Positions 24,972 through 38,719 of a stretch of 64,000 nucleotides of DNA are shown here, in pieces (within the stretch, counting starts at the first letter, position 1; each line of letters opens with the position of its first letter). This DNA comes from Geosiphon pyriformis uo1 (Eukaryota > Fungi > Glomeromycota): contig JAAOMT010000183.1 in NCBI GenBank assembly GCA_016748015.1, forward strand, positions 760,787 through 824,786, read 5' to 3'. Under the pieces are notes generated by a model. The model did no database searches. It saw only the letters and a list, made by a program, of their open reading frames with translations, and was not told the DNA's origin. The position numbers and the translations under genes are program-made.

Positions 24972-27900
24972 CTACTACCAAAAAGTATGCTGTAGCTCCA
25001 CAAGTCATTTTTGCAAAACCCAAATTTTTTAATAATTTATTAATATATACTTTAATAGCATCTAACCAAACTTTATGTAAATATTCATAAATATCAAAAA
25101 ACTTATCAAATTTCAAAATGCTTAATCTAATTAATTTATTAGTATAATTGGAATTAATCATTAAAAAATTACTATTATGCAGAAACTTTGAAGCCAATTT
25201 GAACCAAAATAGTATAAAGCCTCTAAAATCCAGTTTTTTTTAATGATAAAATATTTTCCAATTCATTATATCTCTATTTTGTTTAAAAGCCTATTACTAA
25301 ATATCATACCAAATTTTTTTAAAAAGTAAACTAAATTATAATACAAAGATTTTTCCAAAATATTTAATATTAAAAAATTTTCAGAACTACAAAATATATT
25401 AAGGAGCTTGCTATTTAGAAACAAGTTATTAACCAAAAAAATTCTTGCCTTCTGCTAAAAAATTGTTGATAAAACTAACATGCAACTTGATAAAATACCA
25501 CAATAAATTCCAAAAAATTTAACTCAGAATTTGCAAATTCAATTGCCTATAATTAAATAAACATTCAAGAATGCTTAGAAAATTAACAAAAAATATCACT
25601 AATATTAATTTGATTTCAGTTTGTATTTGTTCAAAAAATTTTAAATCATATAAAGAAGAATAATACAGTGCTTTACTAGAAAAGTCACATGGCAAATAAG
25701 TCTTAAACTTGAGATTCTTTTTAACTATAATGTCTTACTTATAATACATATTTGATAAAACAAAACTAAACTAAGATCTATAGCAAATTATAAACTACAA
25801 AACTGTTAACACTAAATAAAAAAACTGTTTATTTGTAATGATTTTTTTAAGCATTACATTAACAAAAAACCAGATATTAAAATGAGTCTTAATTAAACTT
25901 GGCTTAAACAACACTTCAGTTAACAAAAAAATTCTTAAATATCTATGTACTTCGATTTTTTTGGCAATTAAAATTGGCAAACCATTGATTTTTAAAGAAA
26001 CAATCTTAATACTTTAATTGATGGTATTACTCATAAAGAAAAACAGATATAAAATATAGTAGACCAATAAAGGAGTAGTAGTTAACATGTGAGCACATTG
26101 CTTAGCAATATAGAGCAATGTCAAAAATTATAGCATATTGCTCAGCAATGTAGAGTGATATTAAAAAATTAGGACACATTGCTTAGCAATATAAGTATTG
26201 CTCAAGAAATCATAACACATTGCTTGGGAATATAAGCAATCTTGTAGAACATAAATTTATGTATATATAGCAGTAATGTCAAAAGCTAGAAAATTAGTTA
26301 ATTAAACTCAAGTCAAAAAGACTGAAAGTTAATAGGACTCTCAGAGTCAATTAGACTTGCAGGTCATAATTATTAAATACCCTTTCTTCAAAAGATAGAA
26401 TACTATAACTTGAAGTAAAAATCACTCTCATATTAATGAAATTATCCATTATCCTTAAATTCATGTTATTATCTACTACTTAATCTGCTGACACAATAGT
26501 TCTTAATCATGGCTATTGACAGAACACATATTTATTTTATCTTCTTTATTTCTTTATTTTCTTTTATTTTCTTTTATTTTGTGTTTTTTATTTTGCTTTG
26601 ATTTTTATTGTTGTTAACTAATTGATTAAAGATTAAAGTGCTGAATTATTGACATCAAAGATAGCCTGGTAAAAGATTCAGAAGTAAAAATAGAATTACA
26701 TATATATTAACAGATAACTTATCAGAAGGGCACAACTGCCAGAGTAAATCCAGCCACCAAGCTGAAAAAAAATTGGACAGAATTGCAATTCCAGAAAACT
26801 CCTACAATTACCACTAAATTTCTGTCTATTATACAAAGAACTCTATCAAAACCTTTAGATACAAACAATCTACAGAAATTATCCATCAATTAAGCACCAA
26901 GTTATGGGTTTGTTATTTGCTTTGAGACTCCAAATAATCATCTGTAACAATAAAAATAGCCATTATTTTTTTATTGTTAATTAAAATATTTTTGATTATA
27001 AAAAATTCACTAGCAATATTTAAAGCATATTGTATAAAAGTTTAAGTATTCTTAATCCAAATTATATCATTAATAAACATATTAGCAGCAAAAAAAAAAC
27101 ATCTCAATACTATTCTTAATTTTGTCTATCTTAGTTACAAACTTAGTATTAATTCAATATTTATGTCTTTTGATCTTATACAAAAATAGATCATAAAAAA
27201 TTTTCCAAATAAAAGATAAAAAAACTTCATTTTAATCCAACTTATTATGTATTTTATAGTTATTTAAGAGTTCAAAGTTAATTATCATTTTATTAATCTT
27301 ATCTTTATGTATATTGCCAAAAAATTTTATAAACTAATTGTACATCTTAATTTACTATAAGCTAATCTTTAAGTGGTATTATCTAACCAAGTTATATGTT
27401 TTATATATATTCTACAAAATTAATTAAAGTTTTCTATTTTTTTCCAAAATATTTTTAACTATAAACTTAATAACAAACACAAGAGACTAAATTGAAGTAT
27501 TTTTTAACACTAAAAAATTATTACCTTAGAAAACATTAAACTTGCTATATATAGCCAAAATTTAATTAGAAAATTTTTAGAAAATTTTTTTTTGGCTGTC
27601 TTAATTAAAACAATAAGTTGTGTGTTTATCAAAATTTCATTCCAATTATACAGCTTAGAAATCATTAAAACTTAAGTTTTTTTTTATAAAACAAAGACAT
27701 TACTAAGAAATAAATATATATTTAGCAATTTTAAAAGAAACTTTATCACATTATTACTACTATACTTCCAAAGTTTATTAAAAATGCCAGACAAAACAGC
27801 AGTCTTACTATTAAGCAAACTACTAATTACCAATAGTAATTCTTTTATATTAATTTCTTTTATTATTTCAAAAAAAGTATTATTACTTATATAGTTTAAT

Positions 27901-30900
27901 AGTGCATATTGGCAAGCTTAAAGATTAAGTATTACTAAAGATATGGTTCACTTTCTTATCCAATCTTTTATAATCTTGTTAACACTAAGCTTTATTTTTT
28001 TTGGTTCCAAAACTAACTTACTCTTTACTACCAAGTAATTCAGAATTATCTTGTAAAAAGACTGGTCTAGAATATTTCTTATTATACTCTTTTTATTAAA
28101 ACAAAAATTTTCTATGTGCTTCTTAATTGTCTTTTTGATAAACACTTTTTTAGCCAACTTTGATTTGTATAGTTTAAACTTTCTGTACTTTTTGTAAACA
28201 AATAACAAATGTTTAAGAATATCTATTAACTTTACATTATTTTAAATTATTTCTATGACTTTAAAAGCTTCTATATTATTTAAAGTCAACCATTTTTTAG
28301 CAAAATAGTTAAATTCAAATGTGTTATTAAAGCTTAGCATCTTAACAATCTTGGCAATTAGCAGTTTCAATCCAAAAAACTTAAAAGAATGTTTGTTTTT
28401 TAAATACTGAAACTTGTAAAATCAATATTTAGAGAATGTCTTATTAGCAGATTCCACTATTATTTTACTTAACAACTTCTACATAATATTTAAATTCTCA
28501 CAAATTTTTACTTTAAAAACTTATCTGTTATTACTATATATTTAACAGAAGAGCATTTCCTAAATTGCATCTATTTAATACTATTTGTATTTTTGATTTT
28601 GAACTTTTAATAATTTTTATTGGCTTGTTTGCACAAACTATTTAAATAAATATTTAGTAGACTATTCAAACCAACCATTACTAAGACTGTTTTGTAGTTA
28701 GTATTAAAAAAAATCAGACACTAATTTAATTTCATGACTAGCAATTGCAAAAAACAAACTTTTATTCACAAAAATGTAATCTAAAACTTTTTTAGCACTC
28801 CTTAAATTGCTTCAAGTAAAGGCTTTAACCAATGAATGTTTACCAAATAAATTGATCAAACCTAAATCCAAAAAAAACTTAAAACTTGCACTTTTTTTGA
28901 ATCTATTTTCATTAAAATTTCCATCCACAACCACAAAATTATTGGAATTAACTGTCTTAGCAATAAAAAAATTGATTTTCGAGGCCTAACTAAACCTAGT
29001 TTTAGCAGAAATACCAATATACAAACCCAAAACCATAACCAAAAGTTTGATTTTAAAAAAAAACCATACCAAAATAATATAATTAAGAACTTTTTTTATT
29101 TTAAAAACATATTGAGCCAAAGAATTGTTTATGATAAAATTTACTCCAATATTAAAAAAACTCTTATTTAAACCAGACATAAAAACCCACATTTTATTAA
29201 ACTTGTTTACAATCCATGGTTTAATATTAGATCTTAATTTTGTTTTTATAATAATAGAGACCATATTACTCAAATTTGTATGCCAATAAATAATATTTTT
29301 CTGTTTTGCAGAAACATTAATATTTTGAACATTAAATGTAACAAACTTCTATACTAAATTAGTTATTAAGATGAAAAAAGCATAAAAAACCCTAAGCCAA
29401 AGCACAACTTATCCAATTTTGTCAAATCCAAATTAACTAAAATCTTAAGAGCCATTATTTTTGATTTCAAGCCACTTACTTTAATAATTAAAACTTTTAA
29501 ACTACTCAAACTTAAATTCAAAGTCTTATTTTTTACTACTGAGAGATAAGAAATAGATAACATTAATAGGTCTTTTAAAACCATATTTAAATCTAAATTC
29601 GAATCTAATAACACAAAAACAGCCAGAAAAAGATATTAAAAAACAGATGTTAAAGACATCAGATTTAAAACATTTAACTTTTACAAAATTTTTAACACTT
29701 AATTAGCCAAAAGCTTCAAAAAACATTTTAAAAAAGCTAAACAAACCACAATAGATAAATTGTTTTAATTAATCAATAAATCTCTTTTAACATGTGAAAT
29801 ATTAGAAAGTAGAAATCCAAAACTAGAACCAATGCAAATATTATCAGAAAAAACAGCAAATAAAACCACTTGCACCCATAATTTGCTACCAAAAACAGTA
29901 AAATAGAAAATAAGAACACTTTTTTTAGCATATAATCTGGTTAACTGAAAACATTTCTCATTTGAAGCAACTTTTTTATAAAGTTTTAAAAAAAGTAAAA
30001 TAAAAGCATTTGATATATTACATTTCAAAGCTAAATGTTTAAATTACTCACACTTTTTACATCAAATTAAATCTATTTTAGCCCAAAAAAGTTTTATTTT
30101 ACCAAAGATTAGTTTTATGTAAAAGACAGACTTAAGTTTCTTACTTGTTTTAAAACCAATTATAGCCAGTAAACCTTATTGCCAGTTTTCAATAACTGAT
30201 TGATAATACAAGTTTTTCTACCAGTCTTTTCCAAAAGAATACCAAAATTATGTACAGTTATATCTACAGACAAAGTAAACAAGAACACTCTAAAACAATC
30301 TTTAGACATCTAAATATCTTAATCTTTTATAGCTTTTACCACATATATTGAGTCCTTACCAATTAGGAATAACCACTTAGATGCCAACTAATTTGTTTTA
30401 TCTGATTCAACAAATTCTATTACAGCCTTCTGCTACAGTTTAATAAGTTGTAATTTGATTGACAAAATTTAATTATACTTAAATACTATAGTAATAATTA
30501 TTTTTTTAGACATATTTATAAGAATTTTTTTGATTACTACAGTCCAATTTGAATGTATTTTTTGTTTTTTGAGATTATTGTTTACTTTAATTCTTTTTTT
30601 TTAGCCAATAATACACCCTTATTTATATTTTTTTCTAATATAAATATTAATTTAATAATTTTTTCAAATTTTAAAAGAGTAGTAATTCTTTCAAAACCAT
30701 TGATTATTGAAAAAAGTTTTTTAATTACCTAAGTTTTTGCTGTTGTTAACTTTTTTTTCACTGCTAAAAAATTAATGTTCAAAGTAAAAAATTTCTTAAC
30801 AGTTACTTTTATTTGAGTCTTTAATATTTTAAAATCAATCTATCTTTTGTTTAGAAATATATTAAGAAAAGAAGAAAAAAGTCCTTTATTTTCATCTATT

Positions 30901-31370
30901 TCAAAGTTGATTGTACTAATAAAAAAGTTATATTCAAACTAATACTAACTTTTCTAGCTTTAAAGGTTATTACTATTAAACCAAAAAAACTCCTACTACT
31001 AATATCTACTAAAAAATTACCACTTTTACTATTATTAAATTCACTATTCATGTTTGAATACATATTATTACCAGAACTAAATTTGACCAAAAAAATATTT
31101 TTTTTATTACCAGAGTGCTTAATATTATTTATAAAAAATTTTTTTTTCAGAAAAAAAAAATTCCTAACTAGTTTATAAAGAGTTCTTTTAAGTGCCTTTT
31201 TTTTAACATATTGCTACCAAAAACAATCACTAAGTCTATTACAAAAAAATTATTTGCTTATAAAATATTGAAAATAATAATACAAGAAAAATAAAAAATA
31301 AAAATAAAAAACTTTTTTTCAAAAAACTGCTTTTTGGAAAATTTAGATATAAAAAAAAAAAAAGTTTTTT
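24972..31370 (-). mobile_element. Decayed LINE (ORF1 plus ORF2 up to RNase H), interrupted by a solo LTR and by element C
   Basis: ORF fragments 24958..25197, 25795..25980, 27948..28208, 28986..29273 and 29765..30028 match successive parts of the LINE at 31903-38381 in reverse order. Confidence 0.9.
26025..26949 (+). mobile_element. Solo LTR (925 bp, A/F family) inserted in the LINE RT region
   Basis: TATTACTC...TGTAACA; flanks ATGG/ATAA (4-bp TSD with two G>A changes); LINE sequence resumes across it; about 40-bp repeats at 26094-26240. Confidence 0.85.
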
Positions 31371-31377
31371 TTGTTAA

Positions 31378-31759
31378 ATATTAAAGATATTTTATGTAAT
31401 CAATTATTAAAAACAAAGTTTTTATACAAAATTACATTAATATTAATATTAATTATATTAATAAACAATATTTATAATACCAATAATAAAAAATATATAT
31501 ATATTAGTTAAAAATATTTAAAAATATTTTATATAATAAATTATTAAACTTATAAATAAATAAATAATTTAAAAATTTTACTTTACTAAAATACAAATAT
31601 AAAATATTTAAATAAATACAATTATACAATTTTTTTTTAATTATAATAAATAATTTTCTATAAATAATTTTTATAATATATATATAAATTAGTTATTAAT
31701 TTTCTTGTAAATTTTTATTATTATTATTATTTTATAAGTATAGCCCAATTATTATTTAA
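31378..31759. other. Extremely AT-rich low-complexity spacer between divergent LINEs
   Basis: Very few G/C bases over about 380 bp. Confidence 0.85.
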
Positions 31760-31902
31760 AAAAAACTTCTTTTTCTTCTTTGTCCCAAATTCCTAAAAAA
31801 GAGTCAAAAGTTTTTTGAAAGAAGTTTTTTACAATTAAGTATGATAAATCTAAACTCTTTATTCTTGACTACGAAGCTACTGTTGACTGTAGTATTGCTG
31901 TC

Positions 31903-33703
31903 ATGAAAAAGGCTGCCAAAGTTTCTGGTCTTAGTGATAGTTTCAAATCTGTTCTTCCAAGGAAAAAAAGAAGGGGCAGTGTTTTAGAAGATAGTTCTGG
32001 TGGTGGAAATGTTGGTCTTAGTGTCCAAAGTAATTGCTCATGGGGTTCAGAGACTGGTGACACCACTAAGTCTGAGAGTATTGATATGGAAGAAGAGTGT
32101 CTGGTTAAGAAAACCAGTTTCAATTATGATAAAGGTGGTGCTCATGCTGGGGGAGATCATGATCAAACACCTATGGGCTCAAAAGTCAAAACCAAGAAAG
32201 CATTGGGTAAACCATTGAGAAAGATTGACTTCTTACCAAGCAGTGATGATGATGATGTTCTTTTGGATGTCCCTCTAGTGCTTCTATCATCTGCAAAAAA
32301 TCTGGTTAATGTTTCTGTTCAGAAATCTTTTGTGTTAGATATTGGATTGAACATGGTGGTTGGGAAATCTTCTTGTGAAAAGCTTCTGGTGATCAAAAAT
32401 TTGTTTTTAAAGATCAATGGTTTTGGGGAGGGTCTCTACCCCCTCAAAATTTGCTGAAATTGTCAGAGCAATGTTCACTTCTGAATTGAGTTTAATAAAA
32501 GCTACCAAATTGGCTGCTGATGCAAAAATCCTGGTAAATACCAATCTCAAAAAATCATCTGAGCATTCAGATCGGGCTGTGGTATTAAAGAAAATTCCTG
32601 TTAGAACCTCAACTAAGGCTGTGCACATTGCACTATCTAGTTTTGGTGTAGTGATATCGATCAAAATGCAGTTAGTGGGTTTGTGGCAGAAGGCTGTTGT
32701 TGAATTTAGTAAGAGTAAACAGACTAATTTAGTTGCAGTCTGCTGGTCTATCCTGATTGGGAAAGATGCTGTGCGTGTGGCCAGGGCTGATCAAGACAAG
32801 GAATCATGGAACTCGAGAGATCAACATAGAACTTTGCTCTATATTCTGCCAATGGAAATGACTGCACATAACATCTGGGATTATATTGGCTCTGTGGGTG
32901 GGAAAACATGTGCAATAAATTGTCATTCTGTTACGTATGTTCAGGCCAGATGTGCTGTTGTTTGTTTTGATTTGGCCGATTCTTTGAATGCTGTCATGGG
33001 AACTACTCCAGTTTTAAGGGGTGTGAATATGCATTGGTCTCTTTTGGGTTTTTTTAAATGTGCTAAGTGTGGGAAATTGGGTCATACATCTTTGGGTTGT
33101 GCTGTGAGTGAGAATATCTCCTCTGGGAAGCATCCTCACAGACCCTTCTCAGACTTAGATAAAAGCAGGCTGGCAATCATCTATGCCAAGCATTCAGCTC
33201 TGATCACTCATCCTGTCGCTTTTGGTGGGGTTTTTTGGATGAAAATTGCTGGTGGAAATGTTTTTCCTCCTCTCTCTGTGCGAAAAGTATTGGTCAATCC
33301 TGGCTTCTCTTCGGAGATGAAGCCTACCATCCATGATACAAGTAATGTTGAGAAAAAGTTTGCTGTTTTGGAAAGCAGTCTTACCAGTCTCATGGAACAA
33401 ATTGATGAATTGGCTAAGAGATTGAACTCATTCATGCCAGCAGTTTCCCAGCCTAGTCCTAGATGTTAGCTGCTGGTAACCCCCTCATCACAGGATCAGG
33501 TGGGTGATGTAATAATGGGAGAGAGTTTAGGTGAGGCCACTAGTGATAAGACTGTTATGACTTTGAACTTTTCTGCTGCTACTGAAGTAAAAAGATTGGA
33601 AAGCATGTTGGAAGAACTTTCTGTCTCGGTTCTAAGTCTTATAGTGAGATTTGATGGTTCAATTTTGGCTGACAGTGCATCTTCCAAATCTTCTTTTCAA
33701 TGA
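31903..33703 (+). pseudogene. LINE ORF1 (basic N-terminus, RRM-like repeats, CCHC knuckle, coiled-coil-like tail)
   Basis: ORFs 31903..32457, 32417..33469 and 33500..33703; CAKCGKLGHTSLGC; one frameshift and one stop. Confidence 0.88.
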
Positions 33704-36700
33704 CCAGTATAGTTTAAAAGATTGCTACGTGTAATGTTAGGGGTATAAATAATCCTGCAAAACAAGATGATATAATAGATTGGTATAAAGAGATGAACAA
33801 TTTAATTTCTGTTGTTACTGAGACTAAGTTGAGGGGCAAGATCTGCCCATGAATAATGAATAAATTTGATGGTGTTCGGGTTTTCACCTCTGGTTTGGAC
33901 TCTGGTTATTTGGATTCTGGTGTTGCAATTATCATGAACATTTCTTTGGCAAGACATGTATATAAGGTTTCTGAGGTTCCTGGTTGTCTCTTCTCTCTCA
34001 AATTACTCTTTAAGAATAATTTTTTTGTGTCAATTTTGGAACTCTATGCTGGTGCATTGTTAATGGTTCGGTTCTCTTAGGCTGGTGAAATCAATTTTTT
34101 TGTTGCAAAGACAGTAAACGAGTCTTCTTTTGTTATTTTGGGTGGTGACTTTAATAAAGATGGGTCCCGAAAGTGTGCTAGCTCCAAGAAATGCTTTGAT
34201 TTGGATTTAGTTGATTCTCTGGAAAGAAGTTTATTTGTTAAGATATCTATGTGGACCAATTCCCGAGGTATTGCTAAAGCTCTTGACTACATTCTCATTT
34301 CTTTGAGTTTGGTCAATGCTGTGACAGATGGTAGTGTGGCCGATGTTGAGGAATATTTTGATACTGACCACAAAGCTGTATCTGCTTTCGTGGATTTGGG
34401 TGGTTTGCTTGATGTCCATTTAAATTTAATATGCAAGCAGGTGAATAAAGATTGTTGGAAGTTTGATGTCAAAAGTGCAGATGTAATGAAATGGGGTGAA
34501 TTTAAAAATGCTACTGCAGCCAATGCTACCATGTTTTTGGATGAATTTAAGGCTGCCAGAAAGTTCTCTGATTTGGATGCTATGTGGGATACTGTTCATA
34601 AAGTGATGGTTTTTTCAGCTAATAGTGCTTTCAAGAAGAAATGGTTTAAGAGTTATGATGGGATGTTTACCAAAGAGTCTTTCAAGTTGCATAACTTGGA
34701 GGTTTTGGTGTCAAAAATTGTCAAAACTTCTTGTGAGGCAGACTCCAACAGATTTGAGTCTCTATTAAAATGCTGGGTTTTTATGAATAGTGACAAAGCT
34801 TCTGTTGTTTGTAATCTTATGAGTTCTGGTGTGAATTTCGATCATGTCCATTCTGCTCTTTGTGGCATGAGAAGGTATTATCATGCCTCTAAGCTTGCCG
34901 AGTCTTTACGAGCTAAGAAGTTGGGCATTAAATCAGCTATTGAGAGAAAGATGGAGAGTTTTATGGTTAACAAAGGCCACACAATCTATAGTGTTTTAGA
35001 ACACCCATTCCACAAAGTGGTGTTAGATCATTTGGTTTCTGATGGCAGCTTGATTTTGGATCCAGTAGAGGTTAAAAATAAGATTGATAGTATAATGGAG
35101 GGCTGGACAAGAAAGAGAGCTGTGCTGAAAAGTGTTCCTGATTTGTGGCAGTATCAATACCTGCTATTGGATTATGTTGATAATAATGCTTTTTCAGGTG
35201 TGATGAATGCTATCAGTTTGGATGACTTGACACATGTGATTAAGGATTTGCCAGATGGTAAAGCTGCTGACTTATCTGGCATTTCAAATAAACTTTGGAA
35301 ACATTGTGATGGTTTTGTGCTAGACTTGCTTCTGGATCTTCGGAATATTTGTTTGGTGTATAAGTCAACTTCCCATTGTTGGAAGGAAGCTTGGGTGTCA
35401 ATAATTCCCAAGCTCTATAAGTGAGAGGGTGTCTTAACAAATACTAGACCAATTGCTTTAATTGAAACTGCCTATAAGATTCTTTTTAAGTTGTTGTCTG
35501 ACAGAATTTCTTCAGTATGCAGTCTATTCAATGTACTTCATGGAAACAATTTTTCAGTGCTTAAGAGAATGATCACTTAGTCTCCTATTTTTGCCATTGG
35601 TTCAGTTGTTGAAAATGCTTTGGAGAAGGATTGTGAGCTTTGGCTTATGCTATAAGATATGCATAAAGCCTATAACTCTGTAGGTTGGCATCACTTGCAT
35701 AATAGTTTGGTTTGGATCAAAATGTGTAGGTGTTTTATTAGATTTTTTGGTTTAATTTACAATGACCACATTAACCAGGTTATGACTGATTTTGGTCTAA
35801 CAGATGGCTACCAGAAAAATAATAGTCTTAATTAGAGTGAGGTTTTTTCTCTTTTGCTGTGGAAGATCTTTTATGACTCTCTTTTGTGTGAGATCAAGAG
35901 ACAGAAAAGTTTGTGTGGTTACTAAATTGATACTAAATTTGTAGCTAAGACTGGCAAAATAGAAAACCAAGGCAGTTTGACTTTTTTTCTGACTGCTGAT
36001 GTGTTTATGGATGATACCATCTGAGTGAGGAGCAGTCAGATTGCCACTCAGTATATCCTGAACATAGTGAGTGAATTTTTTAAGATAAATAACATTTCTA
36101 TCAATAATGAAAAACTGTAGTTATTCTTATCAATCAGAGGGTTAGTAATGCTTCATTGTTAATTAGTGGTCTGCCAATTTTAATTGCTTGCAGGAAGGAG
36201 TCTCATCAATACCTTGGCATTTATTTGTCATCTAAGAGGTTGTCCAAACTGAGCTTGGCTAAGGCACACATAGATGTCAAGTTTTTTGTTAATTTGGTTC
36301 TCAAGAAAGCTATTTTGGACAAACAATTTCTTTATCTAATATTAGCTGTGTTGCAACCAATTATCAGTTACAGAACTCAGTTCAGCTTTGTCTCCAGAAA
36401 TGTGTGTATGAAGTGGGATACATTGATCAGGAGGAGGTTGAGGCTTAAAGCTGGTCTTCCAAGAGACTTTTCTAATGAGACTCTTCATCATCTTTTTTTG
36501 TATGGTTTAAGATTTTTTGAGCAGTTGCAAACTGAATGCAAAGTGGCCTCTGTGTTGTGTTTCTCAAATACTGATAGTATTCTTGGTTGTTTGTTCAATC
36601 ATAAATCTCTGGATCTTCAAGTCTTGGGTTGGTCACCTATTCATCCTCTACATTGTCCGATTAGGTTGTGTGTCAGTCCAGTCAATAATTTTTTGGCAGG

Positions 36701-38381
36701 AGTCATTAGAATTTTTTTGGACTGTGGCATGTCTCTTGGCAATCTCTCTGTTTCTGCATTCTGATTTTCTGGTGAGACACCAATATCTGCAGTTCTAGGT
36801 GCTTTTTTGTTTTATGATGTCTCTTTGTTTCTCAGAAAATTTGGAGTCACCTTTGCTGAGCAGTTATATACCAAAAAGGGTTTAATTTTTGATTGGAAAA
36901 GCTTTCATCATTGGAAGAGACTTGATCCGAGGAGCCCTGTTCCTCATTGGTTCACTTTGATTTGTGACTTTTTGGATCAATCTTCTACTTCTGATGATTT
37001 GTGCATTGAAGGTTCGTGGGATATAGATGTTTGCAGTTTGGGTGCAGTTTCTGAATTGAGTCATTGTCTCTCTTCAGCAAATATGAAAGTAGTCAATGTT
37101 TATACTGATGGATCATTAAGAAATTTGGGTTCACATGAAATGAATTGTGGTGCTGCTGCTTATTTTTTGGATCTAGACATGAGTATTGGTGCTAAGATTG
37201 GTGGATTGGTGTCTTCGACTATAGTAAAACTGCAGGTGATTGCTTTGGCATTAGAGTGTATTCCCCCTAACAGTTTTGTGGTGGTTTATTCAGACAGTCA
37301 AGCTGCATTGGATGTGTGTGTGGCTGAATCTGCTCTGGTGTCTTCAGATTTCCACAACCACTGTTGGATGGAGCAGCATGGCATTGTTAATTTAATTAGG
37401 AAAAAGCAGTTTGTTGTTTCTTGGCATAAGGTAAAAAGACATTCAGGTATTGTAGGTAATGAGTGTGCTGATAAGTTGGCTGGTCTAGCTGTAAGCTCTT
37501 CTTTGGTGCTTTTTGTTTTGGTTAGAGAGAGATTTATCATGGCTACCGGAGAGGCAGTATCTGGAAATATTTGTTATTTTGCTCATGAGATTTTCAGGTC
37601 TATTAATCAGGCTCACTAGGAGGTTGGTCCTGGTTTCAATGTTGTTAATGACAGTTTGCTTGGTGATGTGGACTGGTTTTGCACTGCTTCAGTGTGGCAT
37701 TCTGACTCTCATATGGCAGCCAGCTTTACCAGTAAATCTACAGCTGATTTGCACTCTTATTTTTTAAAGGCTCTTTACCACTGTCTCCCAGTTGCTGTGC
37801 AAAAACGTCTGTATAGTAAAGTCTACCCGAATATCTTGTGTCTGTATTGTGGTGAGGTGGAAAGTTCCGACCATTCCTTTGTTTGCACATTTGATTCTGA
37901 TGCTCATAAGAGCATTCTCAAGTCTTATCTGGCCAAGTGGCAAAGTGTTTCTGGATTGGGCTTGCATTCATCTCGTGTCTCACAGGTGCTCTTTCTGTGC
38001 ACGTTTGATGATATGTTGTATACTACTATGGGCAAAGGTTTTGTGTTCAGAGATTGGGTTCAGGAAGCTTCATCTATTCTAGATGATACCAAGGTTGCGG
38101 GAAGATTTATTGTTGATTTTATTCGAGAATTGGGTGCTGCTTACCACTTGGATATTTGGGTAGTTAGAGCTAAATATAGGGCTTTAATAGAAAAAGGTGG
38201 TTTAATTCTATTTGATAGTTCTGTGTATCCTGTGACTCATGGTTTGTCATGCATGTTTTCTGCTGGAGTGATTAGATTGCTTGGAATTTCTGAGGTGGTT
38301 GGTGTCTGTTTTGGTTTTCATAAACATAGCTGCTTTTTTTCTGGTATAAATGGTGTGGTTTTTGTTCTAATAGATTCATAG
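33700..38381 (+). pseudogene. LINE ORF2: AP endonuclease, RT, RNase H, C-terminal zinc finger
   Basis: IATCNVRG, TETK, GGDFN, LDYIL, TDHKAV (APE); RPIALIE, DMHKAYNSV, FMDD (RT); VYTDGS, HSGIVGNECADKLA (RNase H); CLYCGEVESSDHSFVC. Confidence 0.95.
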
Positions 38382-38719
38382 TGTTGCTCTGATTGGTCTG
38401 AGTGGCTGGTCATGTGTAGAAAGTGCATGATTAGTGTCTAGTTTAGATTGCTTAGTTTAATGTATTGCACTAGGTGGCTTTTGGGCCTCACTCATTAAAC
38501 ATTAATAATAATAAAAATTAGTATTTAGTATAAAAAATCAAATTAAGTAGTTTAGACTAAATTAAATTTTATAATTATATAAAAATCAAAATACTAATAA
38601 TTATAATTATTTAATTTATATTCTTAATAAACTTTATATTAATAATATTAATATTAAAACCATATTTTTAATAAATATAATAAATTATTTTGTAAATATT
38701 ATTAATATTATTATATTTT

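Larger units (their letters stand above)
31765..38517 (+). mobile_element. Full-length non-LTR retrotransposon (LINE) with APE, RT, RNase H, CCHC and a (TAA)n tail
   Basis: Two ORFs, a 3' UTR and a TAATAATAATAAAAA tail at 38503-38517. The 5' end is shared with the copies at about 31370 (-) and 40945 (+). No TSD identified. Confidence 0.95.

Noticed and set aside
26094-26240. Palindromic repeats with about 40-bp period resembling a CRISPR array (also 48613-48750)
   Set aside because: The intervening sequences resemble each other, the array lies inside an LTR, there are no cas genes and the context is eukaryotic.
31869-37967. Antisense ORFs over the LINE (for example 32407..32664, 34287..34532, 37298..37540) and over D and G
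   Set aside because: They are shadow frames of coding sequence with no independent motifs.
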